In this document: positions 9,802 to 19,424 of the stretch, piece after piece
How the letters are laid out: each line of letters opens with the position of its first letter
Numbering within the stretch: position 1 is the stretch's first letter
From: Patescibacteria group bacterium
GTDB lineage: Bacteria > Patescibacteriota > Minisyncoccia > Minisyncoccales > Staskawiczbacteraceae
Reading direction: 5' to 3'
Assembly (NCBI GenBank): GCA_022703425.1
Contig: JAKLDQ010000002.1
Span: forward strand, 12,876-76,875
DNA: 64,000 nucleotides
The notes under the pieces: generated by a model
The model's database searches: none
The model's input: only the letters and a program-made list of their open reading frames with translations
What the model was told of the DNA's origin: nothing
Program-made: the position numbers and the translations under genes

Positions 9802-10685
9802 CAAAATATAAAATAGCGATTATTCCGACACTGATAATTCTGGCTCTTTTGGCCGGATTTTATTTTCGGGGAAACATTGTTGATATTTTTGACTCAGTGG
9901 GCATAAAGCTCGGAGAAAGCTTCAAAAACTTTAAAAAATTTGATTTTGAAAGCATTGTAAACGAAATTAAAAAAGAAATTCTTCTGCCTCCGCCTCTGCA
10001 AGTTGGAGGGCCGGCCAACGACGCCGTTCTGGTAAAAAGCAAGATAATTACAGAAACAAACCTGCAAAGGCAACAGAACGGACTGCCCGCGCTCACAGAA
10101 AACACTCAGCTGAATAATGCGGCTCTGGCAAAGGCAAACGACATGTTTAAAAACCAGTATTTCGAGCATGTTTCACCCACGGGCATAGATCCGGCAAAAC
10201 TTGTGACGAATTATGAATATAAATATATTGCCGTGGGCGAAAACCTGATACTGGGAAACTTTGCCAGTGAAAAAGAAATGGTTGAAAGCTGGATGAACAG
10301 CCAGGGGCACAGGGAGAATATTTTAAACAACAGATATACAGAAATCGGAGTTTCTGTGGTTAAGGGAACATATAAAGGAGACACTGTCTGGATTGCCGTC
10401 CAGGAATTCGGCCTTCCTCTTTCCACGTGCTCTGAACCGGACGCACAGCTAAAAAAACAGATAGACACAAATAAGATTGTTCTCGAAGAACTGTCTGCGC
10501 AGATCGACAGAAAAGAGGACGAAATCAGAAACACAAACCAAAAATCAAACGAATACAGGATCCTTGTTGAGTCATACAACGAAATGATTGCAAACTATAA
10601 CAAGCTTGCCGAGGAGACAAAATCAATGGTTGCCCGGTTTAACGCGCAGGTCTCAAAATATAACCAGTGCGTCTCGGGCTCATAA
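9798..10685 (+). CDS. Membrane-anchored CAP/SCP (YkwD-like) domain protein with C-terminal coiled coil
   Basis: N-terminal TM helix. CAP motifs YFEHVSPTG, GENL and MNSQGHRENIL. Confidence 0.7.
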   Translation: MTKYKIAIIPTLIILALLAGFYFRGNIVDIFDSVGIKLGESFKNFKKFDFESIVNEIKKEILLPPPLQVGGPANDAVLVKSKIITETNLQRQQNGLPALTENTQLNNAALAKANDMFKNQYFEHVSPTGIDPAKLVTNYEYKYIAVGENLILGNFASEKEMVESWMNSQGHRENILNNRYTEIGVSVVKGTYKGDTVWIAVQEFGLPLSTCSEPDAQLKKQIDTNKIVLEELSAQIDRKEDEIRNTNQKSNEYRILVESYNEMIANYNKLAEETKSMVARFNAQVSKYNQCVSGS

Positions 10686-10686
10686 C

Positions 10687-10905
10687 ATGGTTAAGCCGGG
10701 AAAATACGAGCATTTCAAAGGAAAACAGTACGAAGTCCTGTTTACCGCAAAAAATTCAGAAACTTTGGAAGATTTTGTTGTTTACAGGGCTCTTTATGGA
10801 AATAACGAAATTTGGATCCGTCCGCTGAAAATGTTCCAGGAGCAGGTTGAGCATAACGGAAAATTAATTCCGAGATTCAAATATATGGATGAAAATGGGG
10901 GTTGA
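10687..10905 (+). CDS. DUF1653-family small protein
   Basis: MVKPGKYEHFKGKQYEVL...VVYRALYG...WIRPLKMF matches the DUF1653 pattern. I chose the ATG at 10687, just after the upstream stop, not the 10588 track start. Confidence 0.7.
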   Translation: MVKPGKYEHFKGKQYEVLFTAKNSETLEDFVVYRALYGNNEIWIRPLKMFQEQVEHNGKLIPRFKYMDENGG

Positions 10906-10958
10906 GAAAAAGCCGGGGTTGGTGTATAAATAGCGAACTACTTAACGTATACAATTAG

Positions 10959-11453
10959 ATGAAGTTTGCGATAGTTTCAGACACACACGACAATATTGCC
11001 AATTTCACAAAAGTCATAAATTGGCTTAATAAAGAAGGAATAAAGTTGATTCTGCACTGCGGTGATATTTCAACGCAGGCGACAATAACAGAAGCAGAAA
11101 AAATTTTTGAGGGCGAAATAAAGTATGCGCGCGGAAACGCCGACTACGGCCTCGACGATATTCCCGATAAAAACGAGGTTGAGGTGGAATCAGGCAATCC
11201 TTCGGAAATCTCAGGGCGATTTTCGCGAAAAATCGCCATCTGCCATTTTCCGGATATGGCAAAAAAACTTTGCCAGTCGAAAAATTACGATTTGGTATTT
11301 TACGGGCACACGCACAAGCCATGGGCAGAAAATGAGAACGGATGCAAAATGATAAACCCGGGCGAAATGGCAGGGCAGTTTTACAGGCCTTCGTTCGCCG
11401 TATACGACACCGAAATGGACAATCTCGAGCTCAAAATAATCGACCAGTTATAA
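10959..11453 (+). CDS. YfcE/MJ0936-family metallophosphoesterase
   Basis: Motifs SDTHD, HCGD, GNADY and GHTHKP. Confidence 0.8.
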   Translation: MKFAIVSDTHDNIANFTKVINWLNKEGIKLILHCGDISTQATITEAEKIFEGEIKYARGNADYGLDDIPDKNEVEVESGNPSEISGRFSRKIAICHFPDMAKKLCQSKNYDLVFYGHTHKPWAENENGCKMINPGEMAGQFYRPSFAVYDTEMDNLELKIIDQL

Positions 11454-11466
11454 CTTGAATGCAAAA

Positions 11467-11501
11467 GGGGCATCTGTGGCGTCATCACAGGTGCCCCTTT
11501 T
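11467..11501 (+). terminator. Rho-independent terminator after metallophosphoesterase gene
   Basis: 12-bp stem ggggcatctgtg / cacaggtgcccc followed by a T-run. Confidence 0.75.
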
Positions 11502-11540
11502 GTTTAAAAGAGGGGAAAAAGCCGAAAAACCCAAAAAACC

Positions 11541-11570
11541 TGAACGGCTCACTCCGGAGTGAGCCGTTCA
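11541..11570. repeat. 30-bp perfect palindrome tgaacggctcactccggagtgagccgttca (left copy)
   Basis: Read directly. An identical copy lies at 19425-19454. It has no T-run, so it does not look like a simple terminator. Confidence 0.9.
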
Positions 11571-11600
11571 GGAAGTTGAGAAAACGCGTTTTTTCATTAT

Positions 11601-11628
11601 TTGCAAAATACCCAAAAAGTGGCATAAT
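11601..11628 (+). promoter_or_regulatory. Putative sigma70-type promoter of hsdM operon
   Basis: ttgcaa, 16 nt, then (tgg)cataat. It lies about 20 nt upstream of the hsdM ATG. Confidence 0.5.
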
Positions 11629-11647
11629 CAATAGAAATTAATATTTT

Positions 11648-13225
11648 ATGACAGAAGATCAAAAAAGAGTATTGGAGAGACAGCTTTGGGCAGTGGCAAA
11701 TATTTTGCGCGGCAAGATGAATGCCGATGAATACAAGAACTATATTCTTGGTTTTATTTTTTATAAATATCTTTCAGAAAAGCTAGAGCACTACTGTGAT
11801 GAAAAGCTCTTGAATAGAGATAAAATAAAATTTTCGGAAATCAAAGAAAACACAAACGAGGGTAAAGAAGTACTGGAAGAGGTTAAAAAAGCCTGTGTTG
11901 GGCATTTGGGATTTTTCCTAAAGCCAACACAGCTTTTTTCTTATATTGTAAGAAAGGGTAAGGGAGAGATAAAAAATCAAGACAAATTCATAATAGAGGA
12001 TTTAAAAAATATATTAGATTCCATCGAAAAAACTTCAATGGGTACTGCGAGCGAAGATGATTTTAAGGGTTTGTTTGATGACGTTGATTTAACTTCAACA
12101 AAGCTTGGTTCTCGCGAAAATCAAAAGAATGAAACGATAACAGAAGTTTTATCTGAATTAGCTGGTATAGACTTTAAACTTGAGGATTCAAAAAGTGATC
12201 TTTTGGGCGATGCATACGAATATCTAATCGGCGAATTTGCCGCCGGTGCAGGCAAAAAGGGAGGAGAATTTTATACTCCAGCTCAAGTCTCTCGTTTATT
12301 AGCTAGGATTGTTGTAGATGATAAAAAACGCATAAAATCTGCGTATGATCCCACTTGTGGTTCGGGTTCACTTTTACTTCGTTTGGGCGAATTTACAGAA
12401 GTGGTTAATTATTTTGGTCAGGAATTAAACCCAACCACCTATAATCTCGCAAGAATGAATATGATTTTGCATGGAGTTCGTTTTGATAAATTTAGAATCT
12501 TGCAAGGAGACACTTTAAGGGAAGATATGCATGCGGATCTTAAGGCAGAAGTTATTGTTGCAAATCCTCCTTTTTCTGCAGAGTGGAAAGGAGAAAGTGA
12601 TCCTCAGTTGGTACACGATGATAGGTTTTCTCAGTACGGTCGGTTGGCGCCAAAAAGTGTCGCAGATTATGCTTTTGTGACACACATGCTTTACCATTTG
12701 TCAGACAATGGAATAATGGCTGTCGTTTTGCCTCATGGAGCCTTGTTCCGTGGTGGAGCAGAGGGACATATAAGAAAATACATTATTGAAAAGCAGAATT
12801 ATCTTGATGCTGTGATTGGCTTGCCATCAAACTTGTTTTATGGAACCTCAATTCCAGCTACGGTTTTAGTGTTTAAAAAATGCAGAAAAGATGACGAAGA
12901 TATCTTGTTTATTGATGCCTCAAAGGAATTTGAAAAAGGTAAAAATCAAAACAGGCTGACAAGCGAAAACATAGAAAAGATTTTTGACACTTATAATAAT
13001 CGCAAAGAGATTAAAAAATATTCTCACATGGCCAGTTTGCCTGAAATAAAAGAAAACGAATTCAATTTGAATATTCCGCGTTATGTAGATACTTTCGAGG
13101 AGGAAGCAGAAATTGACGTTGAGGCGGTGGCAAAGCAGCTAAAAGAATTAAATAAAGAAGAAGCTGATTTGCAAAATAAGCTTGAAAAATTTTGCAACGA
13201 ATTAAAAATAAATAAACCATTTTAA
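11648..13225 (+). CDS. hsdM: Type I restriction-modification system methyltransferase subunit
   Basis: HsdM N-domain. SAM motif DPTCGSGSLL and catalytic NPPF (VIVANPPFSAEW). Confidence 0.9.
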   Translation: MTEDQKRVLERQLWAVANILRGKMNADEYKNYILGFIFYKYLSEKLEHYCDEKLLNRDKIKFSEIKENTNEGKEVLEEVKKACVGHLGFFLKPTQLFSYIVRKGKGEIKNQDKFIIEDLKNILDSIEKTSMGTASEDDFKGLFDDVDLTSTKLGSRENQKNETITEVLSELAGIDFKLEDSKSDLLGDAYEYLIGEFAAGAGKKGGEFYTPAQVSRLLARIVVDDKKRIKSAYDPTCGSGSLLLRLGEFTEVVNYFGQELNPTTYNLARMNMILHGVRFDKFRILQGDTLREDMHADLKAEVIVANPPFSAEWKGESDPQLVHDDRFSQYGRLAPKSVADYAFVTHMLYHLSDNGIMAVVLPHGALFRGGAEGHIRKYIIEKQNYLDAVIGLPSNLFYGTSIPATVLVFKKCRKDDEDILFIDASKEFEKGKNQNRLTSENIEKIFDTYNNRKEIKKYSHMASLPEIKENEFNLNIPRYVDTFEEEAEIDVEAVAKQLKELNKEEADLQNKLEKFCNELKINKPF

Positions 13226-13227
13226 GC

Positions 13228-13575
13228 GTGGAACTAAAACAATTTGTAAAAAACGTTTTAAAAGATATAACAGAGGCGGTCGAAGAAACACGAAAAGAGT
13301 CATCTAGAGATATGCATTTGGATAGCTCAAAGGATCAACGCACCGTTGAGTTTGATGTTGCCGTAACGGCCGAAGATGTAACATCGGCTACTGGTAAAGC
13401 CGGGGTGAAGGTTTTTTCTGTTTTGGAGGGAGGAGGCGAAGTGGGGAAAGAGGTAAAAAGTTCATCGGTGAGCAGGATTAAATTTGGAGTTTCAGTAGAT
13501 AGATGGACTAAACAAGAAAATGCCGGTTTTCAAAATCAATTTCATCAATTAGACGATAGAAATAGTGCTAAATAA
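13228..13575 (+). CDS. Small protein resembling the trypco2 conflict-system domain
   Basis: GTG start 2 nt after the hsdM stop; its TAA overlaps the hsdS ATG (TAATG). The pattern is helix, then VEFDVAVTA, GKAGVKVFSVLEGGGEVGKE and SRIKFGVSV. Confidence 0.45.
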   Translation: MELKQFVKNVLKDITEAVEETRKESSRDMHLDSSKDQRTVEFDVAVTAEDVTSATGKAGVKVFSVLEGGGEVGKEVKSSSVSRIKFGVSVDRWTKQENAGFQNQFHQLDDRNSAK

Positions 13576-14852
13576 TGCCAACAAAGACTCCTATAAAATT
13601 AGAAACAAAAAAAGTCCCGAAACTCCGATTTCCGGGTTTTTCTGATTCATGGCAAAAGAAAAAGCTAAAAGATATTTTAGTTGAGCATAAGGCAAGAAAC
13701 GTCGGTAATAAATATGTTGAGGTATTTTCTGTCGCCAAAGAAAAGGGCGTTATAAATCAAATAGAACACCTCGGAAGATCATTTGCAGCAAAAAATTTAA
13801 CAAATTACAAAGTTGTTTTTCCAGACGATGTTATATATACGAAAAGTCCAACAGCCAATTTCCCCTATGGAATTATTAAGCAAAACAGGACCAACCGGAT
13901 TGGTATTGTGTCGACGCTCTACGCAGTTTATCGGCCACAAAATAAATACATAGGATATTTAATACACGAATATTTTTTATCTTGGGTACACACATATAAT
14001 TACTTGGTGCCATTGGTTCAAAAGGGAGCGAAAAACACCATTAATATTAGTAATAATGATTTCTTGAATGGCTCAATATTGTGTTTGCCGCTATCTGAAA
14101 AAGAGCAACAAAAGATTGCGGGGTTTTTGATTGTGGTGGATGAATGGATTGAGAATTTGAGGGAACAAAAAGAAACGCTGGAGCAATATAAAAAAGGAAT
14201 GATGCAAAATATCTTTTCTCAAAAAATCCGCTTCAAAGACGATAACGGTAAAGATTTCCCAAAATGGGAAGAGAAAAAAATAAAAGAAGTTGGGAAAATC
14301 TGCAACAGTAGTGTTGATAAAAAGATAATAGATGGGCAAGAGCTAGTTCTGTTGCTAAACTATATGGATGTCTATAAAAGAAACCGAATTTACAGTAAAG
14401 ATAAATTCCAAGAGGTCTCTGCAACACCTTTGCAAGTAAAATCATGCGATCTAATAGAGGGTGATATTTTATTTACACCAACCTCGGAAACTCCTGATGA
14501 TATAGGACATTCCGCTGTCGTAATGGAAAATTTAAACAAAGTATTATTTAGTTATCATCTGATTCGTTTAAGACCCGAGTCTATTGTCTTAAACAAAGAC
14601 TTTTCCGCTTATGCTTTCCATAATTTTTCATTTTATAAAAAATTATGGAGAATAGCGCAGGGAGCCACAAGATTTGTGTTGCCAAAAGATGGTTTTGAAA
14701 AAACTACAATAAATATTCCAAAATCCAGGGAGGAGCAGAAGAAAATCGCAGAGTTTTTGACTTCAATTGATAAAATAATAGAATCAAGGCAACAACAAAT
14801 CACCCAAGCCAAACAATGGAAAAAAGGCTTGATGCAACAGTTGTTTGTGTAA
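13575..14852 (+). CDS. hsdS: Type I restriction-modification specificity subunit
   Basis: Two target-recognition halves. Each ends in a conserved helical spacer (LREQKETLEQYKKGMMQNIFSQKIRF and QQQITQAKQWKKGLMQQLF). Confidence 0.85.
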   Translation: MPTKTPIKLETKKVPKLRFPGFSDSWQKKKLKDILVEHKARNVGNKYVEVFSVAKEKGVINQIEHLGRSFAAKNLTNYKVVFPDDVIYTKSPTANFPYGIIKQNRTNRIGIVSTLYAVYRPQNKYIGYLIHEYFLSWVHTYNYLVPLVQKGAKNTINISNNDFLNGSILCLPLSEKEQQKIAGFLIVVDEWIENLREQKETLEQYKKGMMQNIFSQKIRFKDDNGKDFPKWEEKKIKEVGKICNSSVDKKIIDGQELVLLLNYMDVYKRNRIYSKDKFQEVSATPLQVKSCDLIEGDILFTPTSETPDDIGHSAVVMENLNKVLFSYHLIRLRPESIVLNKDFSAYAFHNFSFYKKLWRIAQGATRFVLPKDGFEKTTINIPKSREEQKKIAEFLTSIDKIIESRQQQITQAKQWKKGLMQQLFV

Positions 14853-14854
14853 AT

Positions 14855-16258
14855 ATGTTTATTAAAGAACTTAAGATTAAAAATTTTAGATTATTTCCGA
14901 GTGATAGTGATTTTTCAATAGAAAATGTCAATGTCCCAGATTTACAAAATGAAGGAAGCGGTTTAAATTTATTTGTCGGTGAAAATGGATGCGGAAAAAC
15001 AACTCTGCTAGATGCTTTCGCTTTGCCTTTACTCCAATACAAAGCAGATAGTTTTTCTATTAATGACTTTAATAATCCCCAAGACAAATGCTATCTAAGT
15101 ATCTTATCTGAAGAGAATTTTACCGTCGCTAAAACCGTTCCAAGAAGTTATTTTGAGGCAAAAGGATTTTCGTTCGATGGCCGTGTTAGATCTAGGGAAA
15201 ATAGGATATATTTGTCATCCATTGTAGTTACAAATCAAGAATTTATACCAACAAACCCGGAAAGTTTTAAAGAGAATAGTCCTGACTTGAGAATAAAAGT
15301 CGATAATCCATGGGCGGGACCTAGATTTACCGAAAATGATATTGTTGTTTTAGACAAAAATCGAATAAACCAAACTCGTTCGGGAGTTTATAATTCCACA
15401 AGATTTGATCGGCTCTTGGAAGATTTTGATTTTCAATATATCAAGAACGGCAATATTGATGATTTGTGTGAAACTATAAAAAAATCTATACAGGGGGTAG
15501 AAAACGAATTTCTCAAAAAAGCGATGGTCAAATTTGAAGAAATTAGTAGGGAAAAAATTTCTTTGAATTATATAGATAATTGGCGACCACATAGCAAAGC
15601 TTTTCTAGGGACGCAAAAAGAAAACAAGCAACTTATACCTCTTAGTATGCTAGGTTCTGGATACGAAATGATTTTTTCTCTTATTTATTCTTTTTATCTT
15701 TCCCAGCAAAGCGGAAAACAGCTCATAATTTTAATCGATGAACCCGAATTGCATCTCCACCCTAAGATACAAGAAGATTTTGTCAAAATTTTATTAGAAT
15801 TTTCAAAGACTGCTCAGATTATTTTGACAACTCAATCTCCGCTTTTAGTAAAGCAGGTCATGTACAACGATAAGGCGAAAGTCAGTGTAATAAAGAAAGA
15901 TGTTAATAGGGTCTACATTTCTCCGCTAGACGATCGGCTTTTACCATATGTATCTGCTAACGAAATTAACTTCATAGCTTATGATTTTGCAACAGAAGAA
16001 TATCATAATGAACTTTACGAAGAATTGCAAATTAGAGAAAACAATAAGCGAGCCGCGCCATTATGCTTAAAGGATTTTGATCTACATTTTTTTCAAAAAG
16101 AAAAAGGGGAGATAGCAGATCGTCCGTACAACGGGAGTAGTAACCAAGTTAGTATTCACACGCATTTAAGAACCCAAATTCATCATCGGGGAACTTCTGG
16201 AAGACCAGATGCTGCAGAAATAGAAGCGTCAATAAAAAAAATGAGAACATACTTTTAG
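14855..16258 (+). CDS. ABC/SMC-like (AAA_15/21-type) ATPase with uncharacterised C-terminal domain, embedded between hsdS and hsdR
   Basis: Walker A GENGCGKTT, signature-like LSMLGSGYE, Walker B LIILIDEPELHLHP. The C-terminus contains SIHTHLRTQIHHRG. ATG at 14855, 2 nt after the hsdS stop. Confidence 0.75.
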   Translation: MFIKELKIKNFRLFPSDSDFSIENVNVPDLQNEGSGLNLFVGENGCGKTTLLDAFALPLLQYKADSFSINDFNNPQDKCYLSILSEENFTVAKTVPRSYFEAKGFSFDGRVRSRENRIYLSSIVVTNQEFIPTNPESFKENSPDLRIKVDNPWAGPRFTENDIVVLDKNRINQTRSGVYNSTRFDRLLEDFDFQYIKNGNIDDLCETIKKSIQGVENEFLKKAMVKFEEISREKISLNYIDNWRPHSKAFLGTQKENKQLIPLSMLGSGYEMIFSLIYSFYLSQQSGKQLIILIDEPELHLHPKIQEDFVKILLEFSKTAQIILTTQSPLLVKQVMYNDKAKVSVIKKDVNRVYISPLDDRLLPYVSANEINFIAYDFATEEYHNELYEELQIRENNKRAAPLCLKDFDLHFFQKEKGEIADRPYNGSSNQVSIHTHLRTQIHHRGTSGRPDAAEIEASIKKMRTYF

Positions 16259-16260
16259 CT

Positions 16261-19068
16261 ATGACGCATCAAAGCGAACAACAACTTGAGAAAGTTTTAA
16301 TCAGTCAGCTGCAGAGGCTGGGTTTTTCGGTTGTTGAAATTAAAGATTCCGACAAATTGATTTCTAATCTACGTGGGCAGTTGGAAAAATTTAATCAAAC
16401 AAAGTTTTCTGATGACGAATTCCTAAAAATTTTAAATCACTTAAATAAGGGCGATAGATTTGAAAAAGCCAAAACTTTGCGTGATAGGTTTGTATTGAAA
16501 AGAGATGACGGAACCGACTTTTGGGTTAGGTTTTTTAATATGGATCAGTGGTGTAAAAATGAATATCAGGTGACTAATCAAATTACTCAGGTGGGAAGAT
16601 ATGAAAACCGATATGATGTGACCTTATTGATAAATGGATTACCATTGGTGCAAATAGAGCTCAAACGCCGCGGAGTGGAAATGAAAGAAGCATTCAATCA
16701 AATACAAAGGTACCAAAAACACACATATTCGGGAACGCTTTTTGAATATATTCAAATGTTTGTTATATCTAATGGGGTAAATACAAAGTATTTTTCCAAC
16801 AATCCAAAACAAACATTCGAACAGACTTTTTATTGGACTGACGTAAATAACAAAAAAATAACAAAATTAGACGAATTTGCAAATGAATTTTTGGCAAAAT
16901 GTAATGTTTCTGAAATGATTGCTGAGTTTATTGTCTTGGCTGAATATTACAAAATTCCAATGATAATGAGGCCATATCAGTACTATGCGGTGAAGGCTAT
17001 TGAGGAAAGAGTAAAGGAGTCAGGTAAAAATGGATATATCTGGCACACAACTGGCTCAGGTAAAACTTTAACATCTTTTAAAACTAGCCAAGTGCTTTCA
17101 AGAATCCCCGAAGTTAAGAAGGTGCTTTTTGTGGTAGATAGAAAGGACCTCGATATTCAAACAACAAAGGAATTCAATTCTTTTTCCGATGGTTCCGTTG
17201 ACGGCACAGACAATACTCACCACTTAGTCGACCAATTGAAAGATAAGAGAAAAACAAAACTGATTGTAACAACAATACAAAAATTAGATATAGCTATCAG
17301 CAGAGAGTCTTATATCAAACAATTTAAGTATTTAGAAAACGAGAAGGTTATAATCATCTTTGATGAATGTCATCGAAGTCAATTTGGGCAAACACACGCA
17401 AGAATTAAGTCATTTTTCAAGGGTGCGCAACTTTTTGGATTCACCGGAACCCCAATTTTTGCTGATAATAATGTTGGTGGTGTTACAACAAAAGACGTTT
17501 TTGGGGATTGCCTACACAAATACATAATAACAAACGCAATTTCTGATAATAATGTGCTTGGGTTTGCGGTGGAATATGTTGGAAAATACAGACAAAAAGC
17601 GCCAGATACTCTGGATGCAGATATATTTGCTGACGAATTGGTCGAAAACATTAACCGAGAAGAAATTTTTGCAAGCGATGATCGCCTAAATAAAATTGCA
17701 GATTATATTTTGGCAGATTGGAAGAGGAAAACAAAAAACGGCAAGTTTAATGCCATTTTTGCAGTTTCAAGTATTGATGTTTTAAAAAAGTATTATACTC
17801 TGCTAAAAAGCAAGAAATCAGAAAATTTCAGAATTGCTACAATTTTTACTTATCACGCCAACGAAGATGAGAGTTCAGACATGCTTGATATTGATGTGTT
17901 TGCAGACGAGGGGAAACCAGAAAATAAGTATTCGAGGGAATTTTTAGAAGATTGTATTAAGGACTACAATAAGCTCTATTCTACAAACTATTCTACAGAA
18001 CGTTTTTATGATTATTACAAAAATTTACAAAAAAGGATTAAGGATAAAGAAGTTGATTTGGTGCTGGTGGTAAATATGTTTTTGACCGGCTTTGATAGTC
18101 CAAGACTGAATACATTGTATGTAGACAAAAATCTGAGATATCACGGATTAATTCAAGCATATTCAAGAACAAACAGGCTTTTAAATTCAGATAAACCTCA
18201 CGGGAACATAATTTCTTTTAGAAATTTAAAGCAAGCAACTGACAAAGCCTTGGCTCTTTTTGGTGACGAAAATGCAAAAGAAGTCGTTTTTAAGAAGCCA
18301 TACGAAGATCAAAAGAGGGATTTTGAAAATAAGTTGAGGGAATTAAGAGAAAAAGTTCCTACTGTAGATTCTGTTGACAGCCTGCAGGGCGAAGAAGAAC
18401 GTGCAGAATTTGTTAAAACCTTTAGAGATTTATTACGCATTAAGGCTTCTTTAGAAACTTTTGCAGAGTTTTCCTTCAGCGACTTAGGTATTTCAGAACA
18501 GGAATTCTACGACTATCAAAGTAAATATTTAGATATTTACGAGGAAAGGAAAAATCATGATCGAGAGAAAGAATCTATTTTAGACCAAATTGATTTTGAG
18601 CTTGAATTAACAATCCGCGACGTTATTGATTATGATTATATCATACGATTAATAGCTGGGCTTAAAAACATTAGTTCCAAAGCTCTTCGAGAAAAGAAAA
18701 CGGAAGAAATTTTGCGGTTGTTTGATAGGGATGCAAAATTACGCAAGAAGAAGGATTTGATTAGAAAATTTATTGAAGAAAATCTTCCCAAAATTGGCAA
18801 AGCCGATGATGTTGAAAAAGCATTTGGCGAGTTTTGGGAAAGTGAACGTTCGAAAAATTTAAAAGATTTAGCAAAATCAGAAAGTATTCCGGTTGAAAGT
18901 ATAGAAAAGTTAATTGGAGAATATCTATATACACAAAAAATTCCTCATGGAGACGACATCATAGAAATGTTGCCAGAAGAAAAACGACCCAGAATTATGC
19001 AAAGGCAAGGAGTTGTTGACCGTATCAGGAAAGCAATTAGAAATATAATAGATATATTTGAGTGGTAA
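16261..19068 (+). CDS. hsdR: Type I restriction enzyme endonuclease/translocase subunit
   Basis: Walker A TTGSGKT, DEAD box FDECHRSQ, helicase C-domain; 935 aa. Confidence 0.9.
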   Translation: MTHQSEQQLEKVLISQLQRLGFSVVEIKDSDKLISNLRGQLEKFNQTKFSDDEFLKILNHLNKGDRFEKAKTLRDRFVLKRDDGTDFWVRFFNMDQWCKNEYQVTNQITQVGRYENRYDVTLLINGLPLVQIELKRRGVEMKEAFNQIQRYQKHTYSGTLFEYIQMFVISNGVNTKYFSNNPKQTFEQTFYWTDVNNKKITKLDEFANEFLAKCNVSEMIAEFIVLAEYYKIPMIMRPYQYYAVKAIEERVKESGKNGYIWHTTGSGKTLTSFKTSQVLSRIPEVKKVLFVVDRKDLDIQTTKEFNSFSDGSVDGTDNTHHLVDQLKDKRKTKLIVTTIQKLDIAISRESYIKQFKYLENEKVIIIFDECHRSQFGQTHARIKSFFKGAQLFGFTGTPIFADNNVGGVTTKDVFGDCLHKYIITNAISDNNVLGFAVEYVGKYRQKAPDTLDADIFADELVENINREEIFASDDRLNKIADYILADWKRKTKNGKFNAIFAVSSIDVLKKYYTLLKSKKSENFRIATIFTYHANEDESSDMLDIDVFADEGKPENKYSREFLEDCIKDYNKLYSTNYSTERFYDYYKNLQKRIKDKEVDLVLVVNMFLTGFDSPRLNTLYVDKNLRYHGLIQAYSRTNRLLNSDKPHGNIISFRNLKQATDKALALFGDENAKEVVFKKPYEDQKRDFENKLRELREKVPTVDSVDSLQGEEERAEFVKTFRDLLRIKASLETFAEFSFSDLGISEQEFYDYQSKYLDIYEERKNHDREKESILDQIDFELELTIRDVIDYDYIIRLIAGLKNISSKALREKKTEEILRLFDRDAKLRKKKDLIRKFIEENLPKIGKADDVEKAFGEFWESERSKNLKDLAKSESIPVESIEKLIGEYLYTQKIPHGDDIIEMLPEEKRPRIMQRQGVVDRIRKAIRNIIDIFEW

Positions 19069-19096
19069 TTAAAAATTTGTTAAATAATTTTTTAAT

Positions 19097-19399
19097 ATGG
19101 ACCAAATTGTTTATTTTATAATCGGAGGAGTTGTGGGGATTGTTGCGGGGTATTTCTCTGCAAAAATGCTCAAAGACCAAAGCAATGAAAGGAAACCGCG
19201 GGTGGAACTGAAGGAAAAGAATAAGGAAAAAATTTTAAAACAGTTGAACGAGAGGAACAAGATCTCCAACGATGATGTTGAGAGGTTGCTTGGCGTGGCG
19301 GATTCTTCGGCAACGCGGTATTTAGAAGAACTGGAGAAAGAGGGGAAGATAAAGCAGGTTGGCAGAACCGGCCAGAGCGTTTTCTACCAAAAAAAGTAA
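19097..19399 (+). CDS. Small protein with N-terminal TM helix and C-terminal winged-HTH
   Basis: VYFIIGGVVGIVAGYFSA TM segment. wHTH-like SATRYLEELEKEGKIKQVGRTGQSVFY. Confidence 0.5.
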   Translation: MDQIVYFIIGGVVGIVAGYFSAKMLKDQSNERKPRVELKEKNKEKILKQLNERNKISNDDVERLLGVADSSATRYLEELEKEGKIKQVGRTGQSVFYQKK

Positions 19400-19403
19400 A
19401 AAT

Positions 19404-19417
19404 CTGAACGGCTCACT
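19404..19417. repeat. Partial (half) copy of the 30-bp palindrome
   Basis: ctgaacggctcact matches the left arm, 7 nt upstream of the full right copy. Confidence 0.8.
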
Positions 19418-19424
19418 AAAATCA

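Noticed and set aside
11459-11641. 60-aa ORF in the yfcE-like to hsdM intergenic region
   Set aside because: It runs through a rho-independent terminator, the 30-bp palindrome and the hsdM promoter. Its basic low-complexity translation looks like an artefact of structured non-coding DNA.
14855-16258. Calling the embedded ATPase a true PrrC ortholog
   Set aside because: The C-terminal region lacks the PrrC/AAA_13-type motifs I recall (LRR-x-LE ... H-x-x-SH). Only the locus position and the ABC-type N-domain are shared, so I kept a generic call.
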